A stretch of 64,000 nt of DNA from Candidatus Falkowbacteria bacterium (GTDB taxonomy: Bacteria; Patescibacteriota; Patescibacteriia; Patescibacteriales; UBA12465): assembly GCA_037137655.1 (NCBI GenBank), contig JBAXJX010000001.1, forward strand, positions 353,188 to 417,187, written 5' to 3'. Positions within the stretch are counted from its first letter, which is position 1; each line of letters opens with the position of its first letter. The position numbers were made by a program, and so were the translations under genes. The notes beneath the pieces are model-generated. The model saw nothing but the letters and a program-made list of their open reading frames with translations. It was not told the origin of the DNA and searched no databases. Of the stretch, positions 16,821 through 27,473 are shown in pieces.

Positions 16821-17936
16821 ATGAAAATAGCTTTAATTGGACAAAAAGGAATACCATCAAATAGCGGCGGCGTTGAGACTCACGTTGAGAATCTAGCAAT
16901 CCGCTTGGTTCAAGCTGGACATGAAGTTATTGCCTATTCTCGTAAAGGTTATACTGGCAGCGATTTAAAGGAGTATAAGGGCGTAGAAATAATCAACATT
17001 CCCAGCGTTAAAAGTAAAAATCTGGAAGCTATTGTCCACACTTTTTTGTCATGCCTTGATCTTATTTTTAAACGCAAAGTTGATGTCGTTCACTTTCATT
17101 CTATCGGACCATCATCTTTAATGTTTTTAATTAAACTATTTAAACCCCGAACTCCAATCGTTTTCACCTTTCACTGCCAAGATTACTATCACCAGAAATG
17201 GGGAGTATTTGCTCGTCTTTATTTAAAGTTTGGCGAAATGGTTGCTTGTCACTTAGCTGATAAAACTATTACTGTTTCTAAAGATTTAGAAGCTTATGCT
17301 AAAGCTAAATATAATGCTCGAGCTAAATATATTCCTAATGGCGTAAGTTTGCCAGAAATTTTAGAGGCTAACAGCATTAAACAATGGGGTCTAGCCAAAG
17401 ATAACTACATTGTGGCTGTTTCCCGTTTAATTAGACATAAAGGTTTACACTATTTAATTGCAGCTTACCAACAAATTAAAACCGATAAAAAATTAGTAAT
17501 CGTGGGCGACAGCTCTTATACTGATGACTATGTTGAAGAATTAAAAGCTTTGGCGGGTGACAATAAAAATATTATCTTTACCGGTAAACAAGGTGGTCAG
17601 ACTTTAGCGGAATTATTTTCTAATGCCTATTTATTTGTACAACCATCCGAATCTGAGGGTTTATCTATCGCCCTTTTAGAGGCTATGTCTTATAAGAACG
17701 CTTGTTTGGTAAGTGATATTCCAGCTAACCGTGAAGTAGTTGATGTAAATGGCCTAAGCTTTAAAAATACCGACATCCACGATCTTAAAGTTTCGTTGGA
17801 ATACTTATTGTTACACGAAGAAATTATCAATAAAAATAAAGAAGATATGTACGCCCGAGTTAAGACTGAATACAGCTGGGATGATATTGTTAAAAACATT
17901 ATAAATGAATACCAACTATTGACAATAAAAAAATAA
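16821..17936 (+). CDS. Glycosyltransferase family 4
   Basis: GT-B pattern: GGVETHVENLA N-terminus and C-terminal PSESEGLSIALLEAMSYKNACLVSD (EX7E-like). Confidence 0.85.
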   Translation: MKIALIGQKGIPSNSGGVETHVENLAIRLVQAGHEVIAYSRKGYTGSDLKEYKGVEIINIPSVKSKNLEAIVHTFLSCLDLIFKRKVDVVHFHSIGPSSLMFLIKLFKPRTPIVFTFHCQDYYHQKWGVFARLYLKFGEMVACHLADKTITVSKDLEAYAKAKYNARAKYIPNGVSLPEILEANSIKQWGLAKDNYIVAVSRLIRHKGLHYLIAAYQQIKTDKKLVIVGDSSYTDDYVEELKALAGDNKNIIFTGKQGGQTLAELFSNAYLFVQPSESEGLSIALLEAMSYKNACLVSDIPANREVVDVNGLSFKNTDIHDLKVSLEYLLLHEEIINKNKEDMYARVKTEYSWDDIVKNIINEYQLLTIKK

Positions 17937-18025
17937 TGTGCTACACTAATACATCAGATTAATGTAATATAATATAAAATTGAAGTTCCTTAAAAATTGA
18001 ATATAAACGATTAAAACCATAGATC

Positions 18026-18625
18026 ATGAGAAATGTAAGTATTTTCCTAAGCATGGCAATTGTAGCTTTATTAAGCTTTAACGGTTGCAAAAAAGATCCT
18101 AATTTATACATTAATAAAGACGGATCAGGTAGAGATACTACCACAAACAAAAACAATGATATCTGGACTTACGCTTGGAATTACCAACCGCAAAATCTAG
18201 TTAGCTCACCAACAGTTAGCAGTCTCGGAACAAAAAGTTCCAGGGGCTATCCGAGTGTTAAGGCTACTTTCACAGTTAGCTTAGCCAATTCAAAAGTTGA
18301 TCCACGTAACGGAACATTAAACATTCCTCACGTTGGTCCTGGCGGAGTAACTATTTATAGTAACGTGGCAAATGATGCTACCTACACTATAGAAAAGATC
18401 GACAAAGCCAACGGAACAATTACTGTTAGCATCGCGACCGACGTGCCACCATCTGGATATACCGACTTATTATTTAACTTTAATGTTGATAATGGTGACG
18501 GAAAACTCCACTGGTTTCAGGCTTACGGAACATACGCAAAATGCAAAAATTCTTTAACAGATGACGGTTCAACCAACATCTACGCTATGAGAATTTTTTA
18601 CAACAAAGTTGATCCCCTATTCTAG
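18026..18625 (+). CDS. Putative lipoprotein, unknown function
   Basis: Signal peptide with a lipobox-like LSFNGC. No recognisable domain. Confidence 0.45.
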   Translation: MRNVSIFLSMAIVALLSFNGCKKDPNLYINKDGSGRDTTTNKNNDIWTYAWNYQPQNLVSSPTVSSLGTKSSRGYPSVKATFTVSLANSKVDPRNGTLNIPHVGPGGVTIYSNVANDATYTIEKIDKANGTITVSIATDVPPSGYTDLLFNFNVDNGDGKLHWFQAYGTYAKCKNSLTDDGSTNIYAMRIFYNKVDPLF

Positions 18626-18651
18626 GAATTAATCTGAAAAAACAAAAACAC

Positions 18652-18687
18652 AAAGCCCCGAAGAAACATTCTTCCGGGGCTTTTTTA
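18652..18687. terminator. Bidirectional terminator
   Basis: aagccccgaagaaacattcttccggggctttttt, between convergent genes. Confidence 0.7.
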
Positions 18688-18699
18688 TTTACCTTAATA

Positions 18700-20349
18700 T
18701 TATTTTTTCAGTGACTTGCAAACTTTAATAAATTCGACGAACAATGGATGCGGACTTAAGGGGCGAGAAATATATTCGGGATGAAATTGAGTGCCAATAA
18801 AAAATGGGTGTTCCGTGATTTCGACGGCCTCCACAATCCGACCATCCGGCGAAGTGCCGGCAATCGTCAAACCATTCTTAGTTAAAAGTTCACGGTAATC
18901 ATTGTTGAATTCATAACGATGGCGATGACGTTCGGAAACAGTTTTCTCTTTTGTAAATTTAGCATAAGCTTTGGCCATGTGCGTATTGGCATTTATCTTA
19001 CAAGGCCAACCACCTAAACGAATTGTGCCACCATAACCTTTTTCCCGAATTAATTTTTCTTGCTCCGGCATAATATGAATAACGGAATACAAAGTTTTTT
19101 TATCAACCTCTTCGGAATTAGCATTATTTAAACCGCAGGCGTGGCGCGCAAATTCAATCACAGCCATTTGCATACCATAGCACAAACCAAAATACGGCAC
19201 ATTATTTTCACGACAATATTGAATGGTCATAATCTTCCCTTCGGCGCCGCGACTACCAAAGCCCTGAGGCACGAGAATGCCCTTTAAATGCTTTAGAATG
19301 CCAACACCGTCTTTCTCCACATCCTCAGCGCTAATCCACTCCACCTTAACCTTGCAATGATTATAAGCAGCGGCATGTTTTACAGCCTCCAACACCGAGA
19401 TATAAGAGTCACCCAAGGAAAAATCACCAGTCGCAAAATATTTTCCGACGATGCCAATGGTAATTTCGGAAGTTTTAATTTTACTCGCTTTAACAAAATT
19501 TTCCCAATCCTTATTGCCGCTAGTGCGACGAACGCGTAAACCAAATTGTTTTAACATGCGATCACCTAAACGATCCTTTTCAAAATTTAATGGAATATCA
19601 TAAATAGAATCAGCGTCAGGAGCGGAAATAACATTCTCCGGAGAAACATTACAATTAATTGCCAACTTATCCCGACGATGTTGATCAATGTGCACACTGG
19701 AGCGCGCGACGATAAAATCCGGTTGAATTCCAGCGCTATTTAAATTACGCACCGCGTGTTGGGTTGGCTTGGTTTTCATTTCACCAAGCATACTTGGTAG
19801 TGGCAAATAAGACACAATCACAAACATCACATCTTTTGGATTTTGCAATTTCATCACACGTGCTGCTTCTAAAAATAATAAGTTTTCATATTCACCAACC
19901 GTACCACCAATTTCAATCACCATGATTTCTGCTTTGGTTTTTTTAACAGCCTTGTCGATACGACTTCTGATTTCCATTGGGATATGTGGCACAACTTGCA
20001 CGCACTTACCCTGGTACTCTAAATTTCTTTCCTTATTGATAACTGTCTGGTAAATTCGACCAGTAGTCATGTAATTTTCTTTATAAATATTTTTACCCAA
20101 AAATCTTTCATAGTTACCAATGTCTTGATCAGTCTCATCACCATCCTCGGTCACAAAAACTTCACCGTGCTCAATTGGATTCATGGTGCCAGCATCAACA
20201 TTAATATAAGGGTCCATTTTCATGCAAGAAACCTCATAACCTTTAGATTGTAAGATTTCAGCAATAGAAGCAGTCGTAATTCCCTTACCCACACCACTCA
20301 TCACACCACCAACCACAAAAATGAACTTTGTTTTTTTTGTTTTAGTCAT
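18700..20349 (-). CDS. pyrG: CTP synthase
   Basis: KFIFVVGGVMSGVGKGI N-terminus. Glutamine amidotransferase motifs GLCYGMQ and HRHRYEFN. 549 aa. Confidence 0.95.
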   Translation of the reverse strand: MTKTKKTKFIFVVGGVMSGVGKGITTASIAEILQSKGYEVSCMKMDPYINVDAGTMNPIEHGEVFVTEDGDETDQDIGNYERFLGKNIYKENYMTTGRIYQTVINKERNLEYQGKCVQVVPHIPMEIRSRIDKAVKKTKAEIMVIEIGGTVGEYENLLFLEAARVMKLQNPKDVMFVIVSYLPLPSMLGEMKTKPTQHAVRNLNSAGIQPDFIVARSSVHIDQHRRDKLAINCNVSPENVISAPDADSIYDIPLNFEKDRLGDRMLKQFGLRVRRTSGNKDWENFVKASKIKTSEITIGIVGKYFATGDFSLGDSYISVLEAVKHAAAYNHCKVKVEWISAEDVEKDGVGILKHLKGILVPQGFGSRGAEGKIMTIQYCRENNVPYFGLCYGMQMAVIEFARHACGLNNANSEEVDKKTLYSVIHIMPEQEKLIREKGYGGTIRLGGWPCKINANTHMAKAYAKFTKEKTVSERHRHRYEFNNDYRELLTKNGLTIAGTSPDGRIVEAVEITEHPFFIGTQFHPEYISRPLSPHPLFVEFIKVCKSLKK

Positions 20350-20426
20350 ACTATTGCTTTTTTTTAATATTTATGTTATTATTTTAATAGTTATTTAAAT
20401 GTTTCACTCCAAAAAAAATAAGAAAA

Positions 20427-20810
20427 ATGGTAACGATATCGATCTTTAAAAAAAACGGAAAATTCATCTTTGTCGACAGTGAAAACGGTGAAGAAATTAT
20501 TCGAACAAAAATGCCAGCTTTAATATCTTATTTAGTCGAAAACTTCGAGACTGAATACAATGAAGTTGGTGACCAATTATTCAACTTTTCTCGTAAACAT
20601 GAAAGTCTTAATAAGCCTCTTGAAAAATCTAATCAAGAAAAAGACAAAAACAACAAGAACAAGAACAATGACCGAATTAAAATAACACTGGCTTATAATG
20701 AATTAGATGGTTATGAACAATTAGAATTAATTAGTGAATTCAAAGCAGCTCTTTCCTTGGCTAATGGGCTCGGTATAGAAATCCCAGAAGATTTTGAAGC
20801 CGAATATTAA
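20427..20810 (+). CDS. Hypothetical protein
   Basis: 127-aa ORF with an acidic C-terminus and a Lys/Asn-rich linker. No family recognised. Confidence 0.4.
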   Translation: MVTISIFKKNGKFIFVDSENGEEIIRTKMPALISYLVENFETEYNEVGDQLFNFSRKHESLNKPLEKSNQEKDKNNKNKNNDRIKITLAYNELDGYEQLELISEFKAALSLANGLGIEIPEDFEAEY

Positions 20811-20820
20811 TTCACAAATT

Positions 20821-20868
20821 TAAAAAAACAACATGCGACTCACCTTTCGGTCAGTCGCATTTTTTTAT
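20821..20868. terminator. Bidirectional terminator
   Basis: aaaaaaa..atgcgactcacc-tttc-ggtcagtcgcat-ttttttt. Confidence 0.65.
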
Positions 20869-20869
20869 A

Positions 20870-22108
20870 CTATTTAGACAATAAACTTTTAACAGCTTCA
20901 TCCATTTGTGGATCGCGTCCCTTGTTATAATCATCATTAGTCATTTCAACTTTTTTATTTGGCTCAATTCCAATTTCATTTATACTGTCACCATTCGGTG
21001 TAAACCACTTGGCAATTGTCACTTTCACAGCTGAGCCGTCAGCGAAATCAACTAGTGTTTGAACCGAACCTTTACCGAAAGTTTTTTGACCGATTAAAGT
21101 GGCCTTATTGTAATCACGTAAAGCACCGGAGACAATTTCAGAGGCTGAGGCACTGCCCTGGTTAACCAAGATAACGGTTTTAAAATTCTTTAAGCGCGCA
21201 TTACCGTTACTTAAATATTTATTCTCTTTACCATCACCTGATTTTTCAATCACCACTGGGCCAGCCTCCACCCATTCACTTGCCATGGCCACAGCCGTAT
21301 CTAGATAGCCACCTGGATTATTTCTTAAATCTAAAATTATACCTTTAGGATTTTTCTGCAAAATATCGCCCACCGCTTTATCAAATAAGCCACGAGTATC
21401 ATTATTAAAAGCTGAAACAGTTACTACGTAAAGACCATCAGACCGCAAAGAAGTTTTAACGCTTTTAACAGTGATTACACCACGATTAATAACATAATCT
21501 TTTGGCTTGTCTAATCCACTGCGATAAACTGACACTGTCACTGAAGTATCTTTTGGTCCACGAATCATACGCACCACAGCATCAACACTAAGACCAAGTG
21601 TAGATGTACCGTTAACTGCATAAATTTGATCACCAGCACGCAACCCAGCTTTTTGTGCTGGCATACCATCTAGTGGTGAGACGATTGTTATAACGTCATT
21701 TTTCAAAGCAATTTCCGCGCCAATTCCCTCGAACGTTCCAGCCATGTCATTTTTAAAATCACTATTATTTTTAGGATCAAAAAAGACTGTATAAGGATCA
21801 CCAATTGAAGCAGTCATTCCCTTTAAGGCACCGTAGAAAGCATCCTTATCACTTATCTTACCTTTATCAACATAAGATTGTTTTAAGCTACTTAAAACCG
21901 TTTGATATAAATTATAATCAAAACCCTGAGTATCAGCGCTAACCTCTTTAGATGATAAGATGTTTACAATATTGGAACGTTGCGCTGAATAAGCACCAGA
22001 AACAAAAGTTACAAACAACACCAACAAAACCACAATAACAATAAGAACTACTCTTAGTATCTTTTTATACTTCTTCCGTTTTTCACCTTGAAACATATTT
22101 TTAAACAT
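20870..22108 (-). CDS. S41 carboxy-terminal processing peptidase (PDZ-containing)
   Basis: PDZ segment SPLDGMPAQKAGLRAGDQI. Catalytic region VNQGSASASEIVSGAL..TFGKGSVQ. Confidence 0.9.
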   Translation of the reverse strand: MFKNMFQGEKRKKYKKILRVVLIVIVVLLVLFVTFVSGAYSAQRSNIVNILSSKEVSADTQGFDYNLYQTVLSSLKQSYVDKGKISDKDAFYGALKGMTASIGDPYTVFFDPKNNSDFKNDMAGTFEGIGAEIALKNDVITIVSPLDGMPAQKAGLRAGDQIYAVNGTSTLGLSVDAVVRMIRGPKDTSVTVSVYRSGLDKPKDYVINRGVITVKSVKTSLRSDGLYVVTVSAFNNDTRGLFDKAVGDILQKNPKGIILDLRNNPGGYLDTAVAMASEWVEAGPVVIEKSGDGKENKYLSNGNARLKNFKTVILVNQGSASASEIVSGALRDYNKATLIGQKTFGKGSVQTLVDFADGSAVKVTIAKWFTPNGDSINEIGIEPNKKVEMTNDDYNKGRDPQMDEAVKSLLSK

Positions 22109-22125
22109 AGTATTTTTTATATTAT

Positions 22126-22704
22126 TTAATTTCTTATAATCTTTATATCGTTTATATCTCTAATATCAATTATGCGGGACGACTCATTATCAAGCACACC
22201 ATCATCAACCACCACATCTGGGCCAATAGTTTTAAAATATTTATCTAGATTCTTAACATTATTTAAATTTTTTTTAGCACTAAGATTTAAGCTAGTAGAA
22301 ATTATTGGCTCACCTAATGACTTTATTATTTTAACTAAAAATTGCTTGTTTGGCAAACGAACTGCGACACTCCTATCTGCCGCCATCACATTCCCCGGTA
22401 AAATATCTCGCCCCCGCAAAATTACAGTTGTCGGACGAACACCATCCACCCAAACCGAACGCAAATATTTATCCTGTTTAGCGGACAGATAAGTATATTT
22501 TTTTAACATACACCAACTACCAACCAAAATTATTAACGCCTTACTAACATCTCTTTCTTTAATCTTATAAATTTTGGTAATAGCGGACTTACTATTTAAA
22601 CGGCAACTAAAACCATAAATTGTATCGGTCGGTAAAACTACTACTTTATTATTTTTTAAACTATTAACAATTAAATCATTATCTGATAAATCCGTCTTAA
22701 TCAT
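22126..22704 (-). CDS. tsaC: L-threonylcarbamoyladenylate synthase (YrdC/Sua5 family)
   Basis: VVVLPTDTIYGFSC and SVAVRLP motifs. 192 aa. Confidence 0.8.
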   Translation of the reverse strand: MIKTDLSDNDLIVNSLKNNKVVVLPTDTIYGFSCRLNSKSAITKIYKIKERDVSKALIILVGSWCMLKKYTYLSAKQDKYLRSVWVDGVRPTTVILRGRDILPGNVMAADRSVAVRLPNKQFLVKIIKSLGEPIISTSLNLSAKKNLNNVKNLDKYFKTIGPDVVVDDGVLDNESSRIIDIRDINDIKIIRN

Positions 22705-22720
22705 AAAAATTAAATTTCAC

Positions 22721-23242
22721 TTAGCTTATAATCGATTTTAAAATACGTAATGCTTCCGGGTAAAGTGGAGTTAGGACGTCAACTAATTTTATTAACGTTG
22801 GCGCAATTTTAGAACTAGTCATTTGCGCCCCTAAAAAAGTTGTAATTAAAGTATAACGTGAGGCTACGTAAATAATAGTTCCAGCAAAAAACGCACCTTC
22901 TGCTAAACCAAACGCGCCACCAGCCAATTTATCGATTAATTTAGTAAATGGAATAATGGAAATTAAATTAAACACTTTTTGTAAAATATAAAAAGCGATT
23001 CCCACCACTAAGCGCACCAAAATTAAAATAATTACAAAAGAGGCGATGCGACCAAGATTCTCATGACCGAAATAAAGCCAAGTAGTATTATTATAAAAAG
23101 TTAAATAGTAATGAGCCGCTAACCAAGAACCTAAAATTAAACCAACAAAGTTCCCGGCCATTTTTAATAGACCATTAAAAAAACCGTAAAAACAAAAACC
23201 GGCCAATACTAAAATTAAAGCTAAATCAAAAAATGACACCAT
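22721..23242 (-). CDS. CvpA-family membrane protein
   Basis: DLALILVLAGFCFYGFFNGLLK N-terminus, about 4 TM helices, typical size. Confidence 0.65.
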   Translation of the reverse strand: MVSFFDLALILVLAGFCFYGFFNGLLKMAGNFVGLILGSWLAAHYYLTFYNNTTWLYFGHENLGRIASFVIILILVRLVVGIAFYILQKVFNLISIIPFTKLIDKLAGGAFGLAEGAFFAGTIIYVASRYTLITTFLGAQMTSSKIAPTLIKLVDVLTPLYPEALRILKSIIS

Positions 23243-23257
23243 ATTTTTTAGAATTAT

Positions 23258-24688
23258 TTAGACTATCTTAGGAAATAAAGAATCACCTTTTTTAACTTGA
23301 GCGTAGGAAAATTGGCGCAATATTTTTTTAGCTGTTTCCGGCAAAAAAGCTTGCAAACAATAAGCAATGTTTAAAATATTTTGGGCCACCGGGCGCAAAG
23401 TATTAGTAATTTGTTCTTTTTCAGTCATCTTCCATGGCGTTGTTTGACTCAAAAATTCATCACTCTGTTTTATTTTTTCCCAAACTATTTTCAAAGCTTC
23501 AGAAAAATTATATTCATCCAAGGCCGCAAAAACAGCTCGACTGAAGTCCGTGTCACTATTTTCCACTAATTGTAATTCAATCTCATTTTTTTCTAACAAA
23601 TTAGAAGTGCGGGCCACCAAATTACCTAAACCATTAGCCAAATCAGCATTGTACAGTTTTTCCATTTTTTCATAAGAGAAATCACCATCTTCAAAAGTAG
23701 AAACTTCCTTTAATAAGTAATAACGCACCGGATCAACCCCATATTTTTCCACCAACTCGCGTGGATCAATTGTGTTGCCAAGTGACTTACTAATTTTTTG
23801 ACCATTGAGTGTTAAGAAGCCAAAAACTAAAACTTGTTTAGAATTAGCAACACCAGCCGACATTAACATCGCTTGCCAAATCGCCGTTTGTTGGCGCAAA
23901 TTATCTTTACCGCAAACCTGCACGCCCGGCCAAAAATTTTTAAACTCGGCTGTCTCATTTGGCCACCCTAAACAAGAAATATAATTAACTAAAGCATCAA
24001 ACCAAACGTACATAACTTGATTATCATCACCCGGAACAGTAATCCCCCAAGGCATTTTTTCCTTTAAGCGTGACACCGAGAAATCCTGCAAACCACCAGC
24101 CACGAAATTTTTTATTTCATTAAAGCGATGATTGGGTACTACGAACTCAGGATTTTCCTCGTAAAATTTCAACAACTTTTTTTGATAAGCGGAAAAACGA
24201 AAAAAATAATTTTCCTCATCAATAATCTCGAGTTCTGCATTTGGGTGCAACGGACAGCGACCATCAACAAGCTCTGAGTCAGTCTTTTCTAGTTCGCAAC
24301 CCACGCAATATTTAGTGCTATATTTCTTTTTATAAATATCACCATTTTTCTCACAACGGCGCCAAAATTCTTGGGCGGCCGCCACATGCTTAACATCAGT
24401 TGTCCGAATAAAACTATTACAACTTAAGTTTAATAATTCTTGCAACACTTTAAACTTAAGCGCACTATCATCACAATATTTATCAACACTCACACCCAAC
24501 CCTTGAGCTTTTTGGTAAATTTTTAAACCATGTTCATCGGTGCCGGTATTAAAAAATATATCATCACCTTTTAAGGCATGATAACGTGCAATTACATCAG
24601 CATTAATAATTTCTTTAGCAAAACCAATGTGTGGCTCAGCATTAATATATGGTAAAGTTGTGGTGATATAAAAATTTTTATTTGGCAT
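23258..24688 (-). CDS. metG: Methionine--tRNA ligase
   Basis: HIGH-type motif PYINAEPHIGFA. KMSKS variant KISKSLGN. Zn knuckle CVGCE..CPLH. Confidence 0.95.
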   Translation of the reverse strand: MPNKNFYITTTLPYINAEPHIGFAKEIINADVIARYHALKGDDIFFNTGTDEHGLKIYQKAQGLGVSVDKYCDDSALKFKVLQELLNLSCNSFIRTTDVKHVAAAQEFWRRCEKNGDIYKKKYSTKYCVGCELEKTDSELVDGRCPLHPNAELEIIDEENYFFRFSAYQKKLLKFYEENPEFVVPNHRFNEIKNFVAGGLQDFSVSRLKEKMPWGITVPGDDNQVMYVWFDALVNYISCLGWPNETAEFKNFWPGVQVCGKDNLRQQTAIWQAMLMSAGVANSKQVLVFGFLTLNGQKISKSLGNTIDPRELVEKYGVDPVRYYLLKEVSTFEDGDFSYEKMEKLYNADLANGLGNLVARTSNLLEKNEIELQLVENSDTDFSRAVFAALDEYNFSEALKIVWEKIKQSDEFLSQTTPWKMTEKEQITNTLRPVAQNILNIAYCLQAFLPETAKKILRQFSYAQVKKGDSLFPKIV

Positions 24689-24690
24689 AT

Positions 24691-25365
24691 TTATTTTTCA
24701 TTCTTAATAATAACAACGAATTCCCCTTTTTGCTCCACCGCTGTCGCTTCCAGTGTTTGCAGAATACTTTCAGCGCTACCGCGATAAATAGTTTCATGCA
24801 TCTTGGTTAATTCCCGACCAACCACCAAGTAAGCGCTTGGCATAATCAATATAATTTCTCTCAACATTTTTAAAATGCGGTGCTTGGATTCATATAAAAT
24901 TACCGGGTATTGGGCGAGCGCAATTTCTTTCAACATCTTTTGGCGGCCGTTTTTATTGGGTAAGAAGCCGTAAAAAGCAAAGCGATCAATTGGCATGCCA
25001 GAAACCGCCACTAAAGCTGTAATGGCTGAGGCGCCAGGAATGGAAACAATTTTAGCATCAGCATCCAATTTTAATATTTCCTCAATTAACTTTCCACCAG
25101 GATCAGAAATGCCTGGAGTGCCAGCATCAGTAATAAGCGCCAAGGAATTTCCCAGGCGCAATAAGTCAATTAAATATTTAACTTTTTCTGGACTGGAATG
25201 TTGATGAAACGAAATTAATTTAGATTTTATTTCATAGTGCGCTAAAAGTTTTCCGGCAACACGAGTATCTTCACATAAAATATAATCGACCTCTTTTAGA
25301 GTTCGTAGAGCACGTAAAGTAATGTCTTCCAAATTACCAATTGGAGTGGATACAATATATAACAT
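24691..25365 (-). CDS. rsmI: 16S rRNA (cytidine1402-2'-O)-methyltransferase
   Basis: LYIVSTPIGNLEDITLRAL..ILCEDTR..SDAGTPGISDPG pattern. Confidence 0.9.
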   Translation of the reverse strand: MLYIVSTPIGNLEDITLRALRTLKEVDYILCEDTRVAGKLLAHYEIKSKLISFHQHSSPEKVKYLIDLLRLGNSLALITDAGTPGISDPGGKLIEEILKLDADAKIVSIPGASAITALVAVSGMPIDRFAFYGFLPNKNGRQKMLKEIALAQYPVILYESKHRILKMLREIILIMPSAYLVVGRELTKMHETIYRGSAESILQTLEATAVEQKGEFVVIIKNEK

Positions 25366-25369
25366 AATA

Positions 25370-27058
25370 TTATCTTAATTCCTCTTCTCTTTCACTTAGA
25401 TATCTTGACCACTCCTCAACAATACCAACGATAACCTTAAATGGAGTTTCAATAATAAAATCTAAAATGAAAATAAAAATATTAACGCGTGAAATATTAT
25501 CCGATAAAAATTTACCCATCGCTACAATCGGCATGTAAAAAAAGTTAAACAAGAAACTAAAAATAGTTTCCTTCTCTTCTGTAATTACATATTTACGAAC
25601 ATCACGTTTAATTCTAAAACTAAAAAAACTAACAAAGGTTAAGAAGAACAAGAAAATAGTGATACTAACCCAGTTGAAATTTATAAGAATTAACAAATAA
25701 ACCAATAAGCTAACTGAAACCAAAAAAGCCAAAGAATAAATCGCATTAAAAATCGAAGCGGTAATAATATTACGCTTGGTTAGTTTCCGCAAATAAATCG
25801 GCTGGCGACGCATATTGTCGGTATAAACAATTTCCTTAATACCATCAATGATTTTCTCCGTATTTCGTTCGTTCGGCGTTTTAGTAAACATAATAACAAT
25901 CAATAATAAGACTGCCGGGAAACAAATATTAATTAACAAGGCGCCATAATTAATCGGTTCACCAAAAAGTTTAATAGCTGGAATTTCAATAATAAAAACG
26001 AAAACCGATTTTGTTAAAAAAATATAAATTATACTTCTCATGCCAGCGCCCCACAAACGTCCTTTAACTACGGCGTATTTTTTCTGACACTTTTCTTTCA
26101 CCAAACCAATGAAAGCCTTCATATTAGAAGAGGCGCTTTCAAAGTTTTTTGCTGGATCCTCCTCGGCGATTTCTCGGAAAATAGAATAATATAAAGTATA
26201 GCGGCGAACAATTTTATCAATTTGCTTTATAAGCGGATGGTCAAGTTGATACTCGACGGCCGAATGAATACCTTTTAAATTTTTAGCCACCTCAATCAAC
26301 GCTTCACTCGAAATATCTTCCCAATTATTATAATATTTAAAAACCACAAAACTAAGCATCTCGTGATCTAAATTCATGAAGTTACGCGCAATACTTAAAT
26401 AGATTTGAATATCTAAGTCGTTTTGGTAAGGTAAGTCATTTGGCAATTTTATAATGCGAGACAAGGTCTCAAACATATTTGAAACAAAAAATTGACGAAC
26501 CTCATCTTTACTTAAATTATCTTCCACTTCAGTAGCCGCTAAAGTAATAATCCAATTTATCATCTTAGCGCCTTCAGAATCATCTTTATCAATATCAACA
26601 ATGTCATCTTCCCCATTTAACACTAAATTTTTATAGTTCTGCTTCAACTCAATATATTTATCCAGCAAACCGGCTACTTCTTTTATTTTAGCCTCCGGAA
26701 TTTTATCATTCGGCAAATATCCAGCTTGAATAAGCTCTGTTAACAAGTTGTATGACATCTCTTCACTCTTGTAAGCTCTGACGATACCCTCAATCACAAT
26801 ATAACGCTTTAACAAGCGCTTAATAGCATTCTTTCTAAGTAAGTGATCGTCATCATAATCAACCGCATTACGAATCTTTTCATACAAAAAAGACAAGCGT
26901 GAAACGATGTGGGAAACATGAATTCTTGGGACGTCATCATCAAAATTTTTAATCGCTGATTTCTGTTTTTTACCTAAAATTAGCTGAAATATCTTCTTGG
27001 CATTAGGATTAATTGATGAATTAACCTCATTTTTTTTGATCAAATTTGGACTAACCAT
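25370..27058 (-). CDS. Large hypothetical membrane protein
   Basis: 562 aa. About 330 aa of soluble helical N-domain, then about 6 TM helices. No motif I can name with confidence. Confidence 0.5.
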   Translation of the reverse strand: MVSPNLIKKNEVNSSINPNAKKIFQLILGKKQKSAIKNFDDDVPRIHVSHIVSRLSFLYEKIRNAVDYDDDHLLRKNAIKRLLKRYIVIEGIVRAYKSEEMSYNLLTELIQAGYLPNDKIPEAKIKEVAGLLDKYIELKQNYKNLVLNGEDDIVDIDKDDSEGAKMINWIITLAATEVEDNLSKDEVRQFFVSNMFETLSRIIKLPNDLPYQNDLDIQIYLSIARNFMNLDHEMLSFVVFKYYNNWEDISSEALIEVAKNLKGIHSAVEYQLDHPLIKQIDKIVRRYTLYYSIFREIAEEDPAKNFESASSNMKAFIGLVKEKCQKKYAVVKGRLWGAGMRSIIYIFLTKSVFVFIIEIPAIKLFGEPINYGALLINICFPAVLLLIVIMFTKTPNERNTEKIIDGIKEIVYTDNMRRQPIYLRKLTKRNIITASIFNAIYSLAFLVSVSLLVYLLILINFNWVSITIFLFFLTFVSFFSFRIKRDVRKYVITEEKETIFSFLFNFFYMPIVAMGKFLSDNISRVNIFIFILDFIIETPFKVIVGIVEEWSRYLSEREEELR

Positions 27059-27188
27059 ATAAAGAAAATTTACCCCTCGGGGATTCTTAAAAATAAGCTT
27101 AAATTAAATCATTATTTTATATCTATATTTTAGCGCTCCCGGCAAAAAAAAGCAAACCACCAGAAATAATCTTTAAGCTAAAAAACTA

Positions 27189-27217
27189 TTGACACCCCTG
27201 CTTTTATCGGGTATTAT
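27189..27217 (+). promoter_or_regulatory. Sigma70 promoter of the secE-nusG-rplKA cluster
   Basis: TTGACA, 17-nt spacer, TATTAT. It sits 50 nt upstream of secE. Confidence 0.6.
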
Positions 27218-27266
27218 ATAGGTATATAAACAAATGGCCGACAAGGCTGTTTTTATTTAAACAAAT

Positions 27267-27449
27267 ATGAGCAAATTTACACAATACATCAAAGACTCAG
27301 TAGCTGAAATGAAAAAGGTTACTTGGCCGACAAAAAAACAAACTTATCACTACGCTATTTTAGTGATTGGTATTAGTATCGGCACAGCGGCTTTTTTAGG
27401 CGCTTTGGATTGGGCATTTACTTTGGGATTAAAAATGCTAATTAAATAA
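27267..27449 (+). CDS. secE: Preprotein translocase subunit SecE
   Basis: 60 aa. VAEMKKVTWPTKKQT followed by a single TM helix. Located upstream of nusG. Confidence 0.85.
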   Translation: MSKFTQYIKDSVAEMKKVTWPTKKQTYHYAILVIGISIGTAAFLGALDWAFTLGLKMLIK

Positions 27450-27473
27450 TAAAATTAATAATAAATTAAATTT

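Noticed and set aside
27059-27266. Looked for a tRNA (often tRNA-Trp) upstream of secE. Also checked the other long spacers (12039-12181, 51345-51479, 59562-59683, 60653-60797).
   Set aside because: These spacers are AT-rich, with promoter and terminator features only. I saw no acceptor-stem or T-arm-like GC-rich segments. Not verified with tRNAscan-type software.
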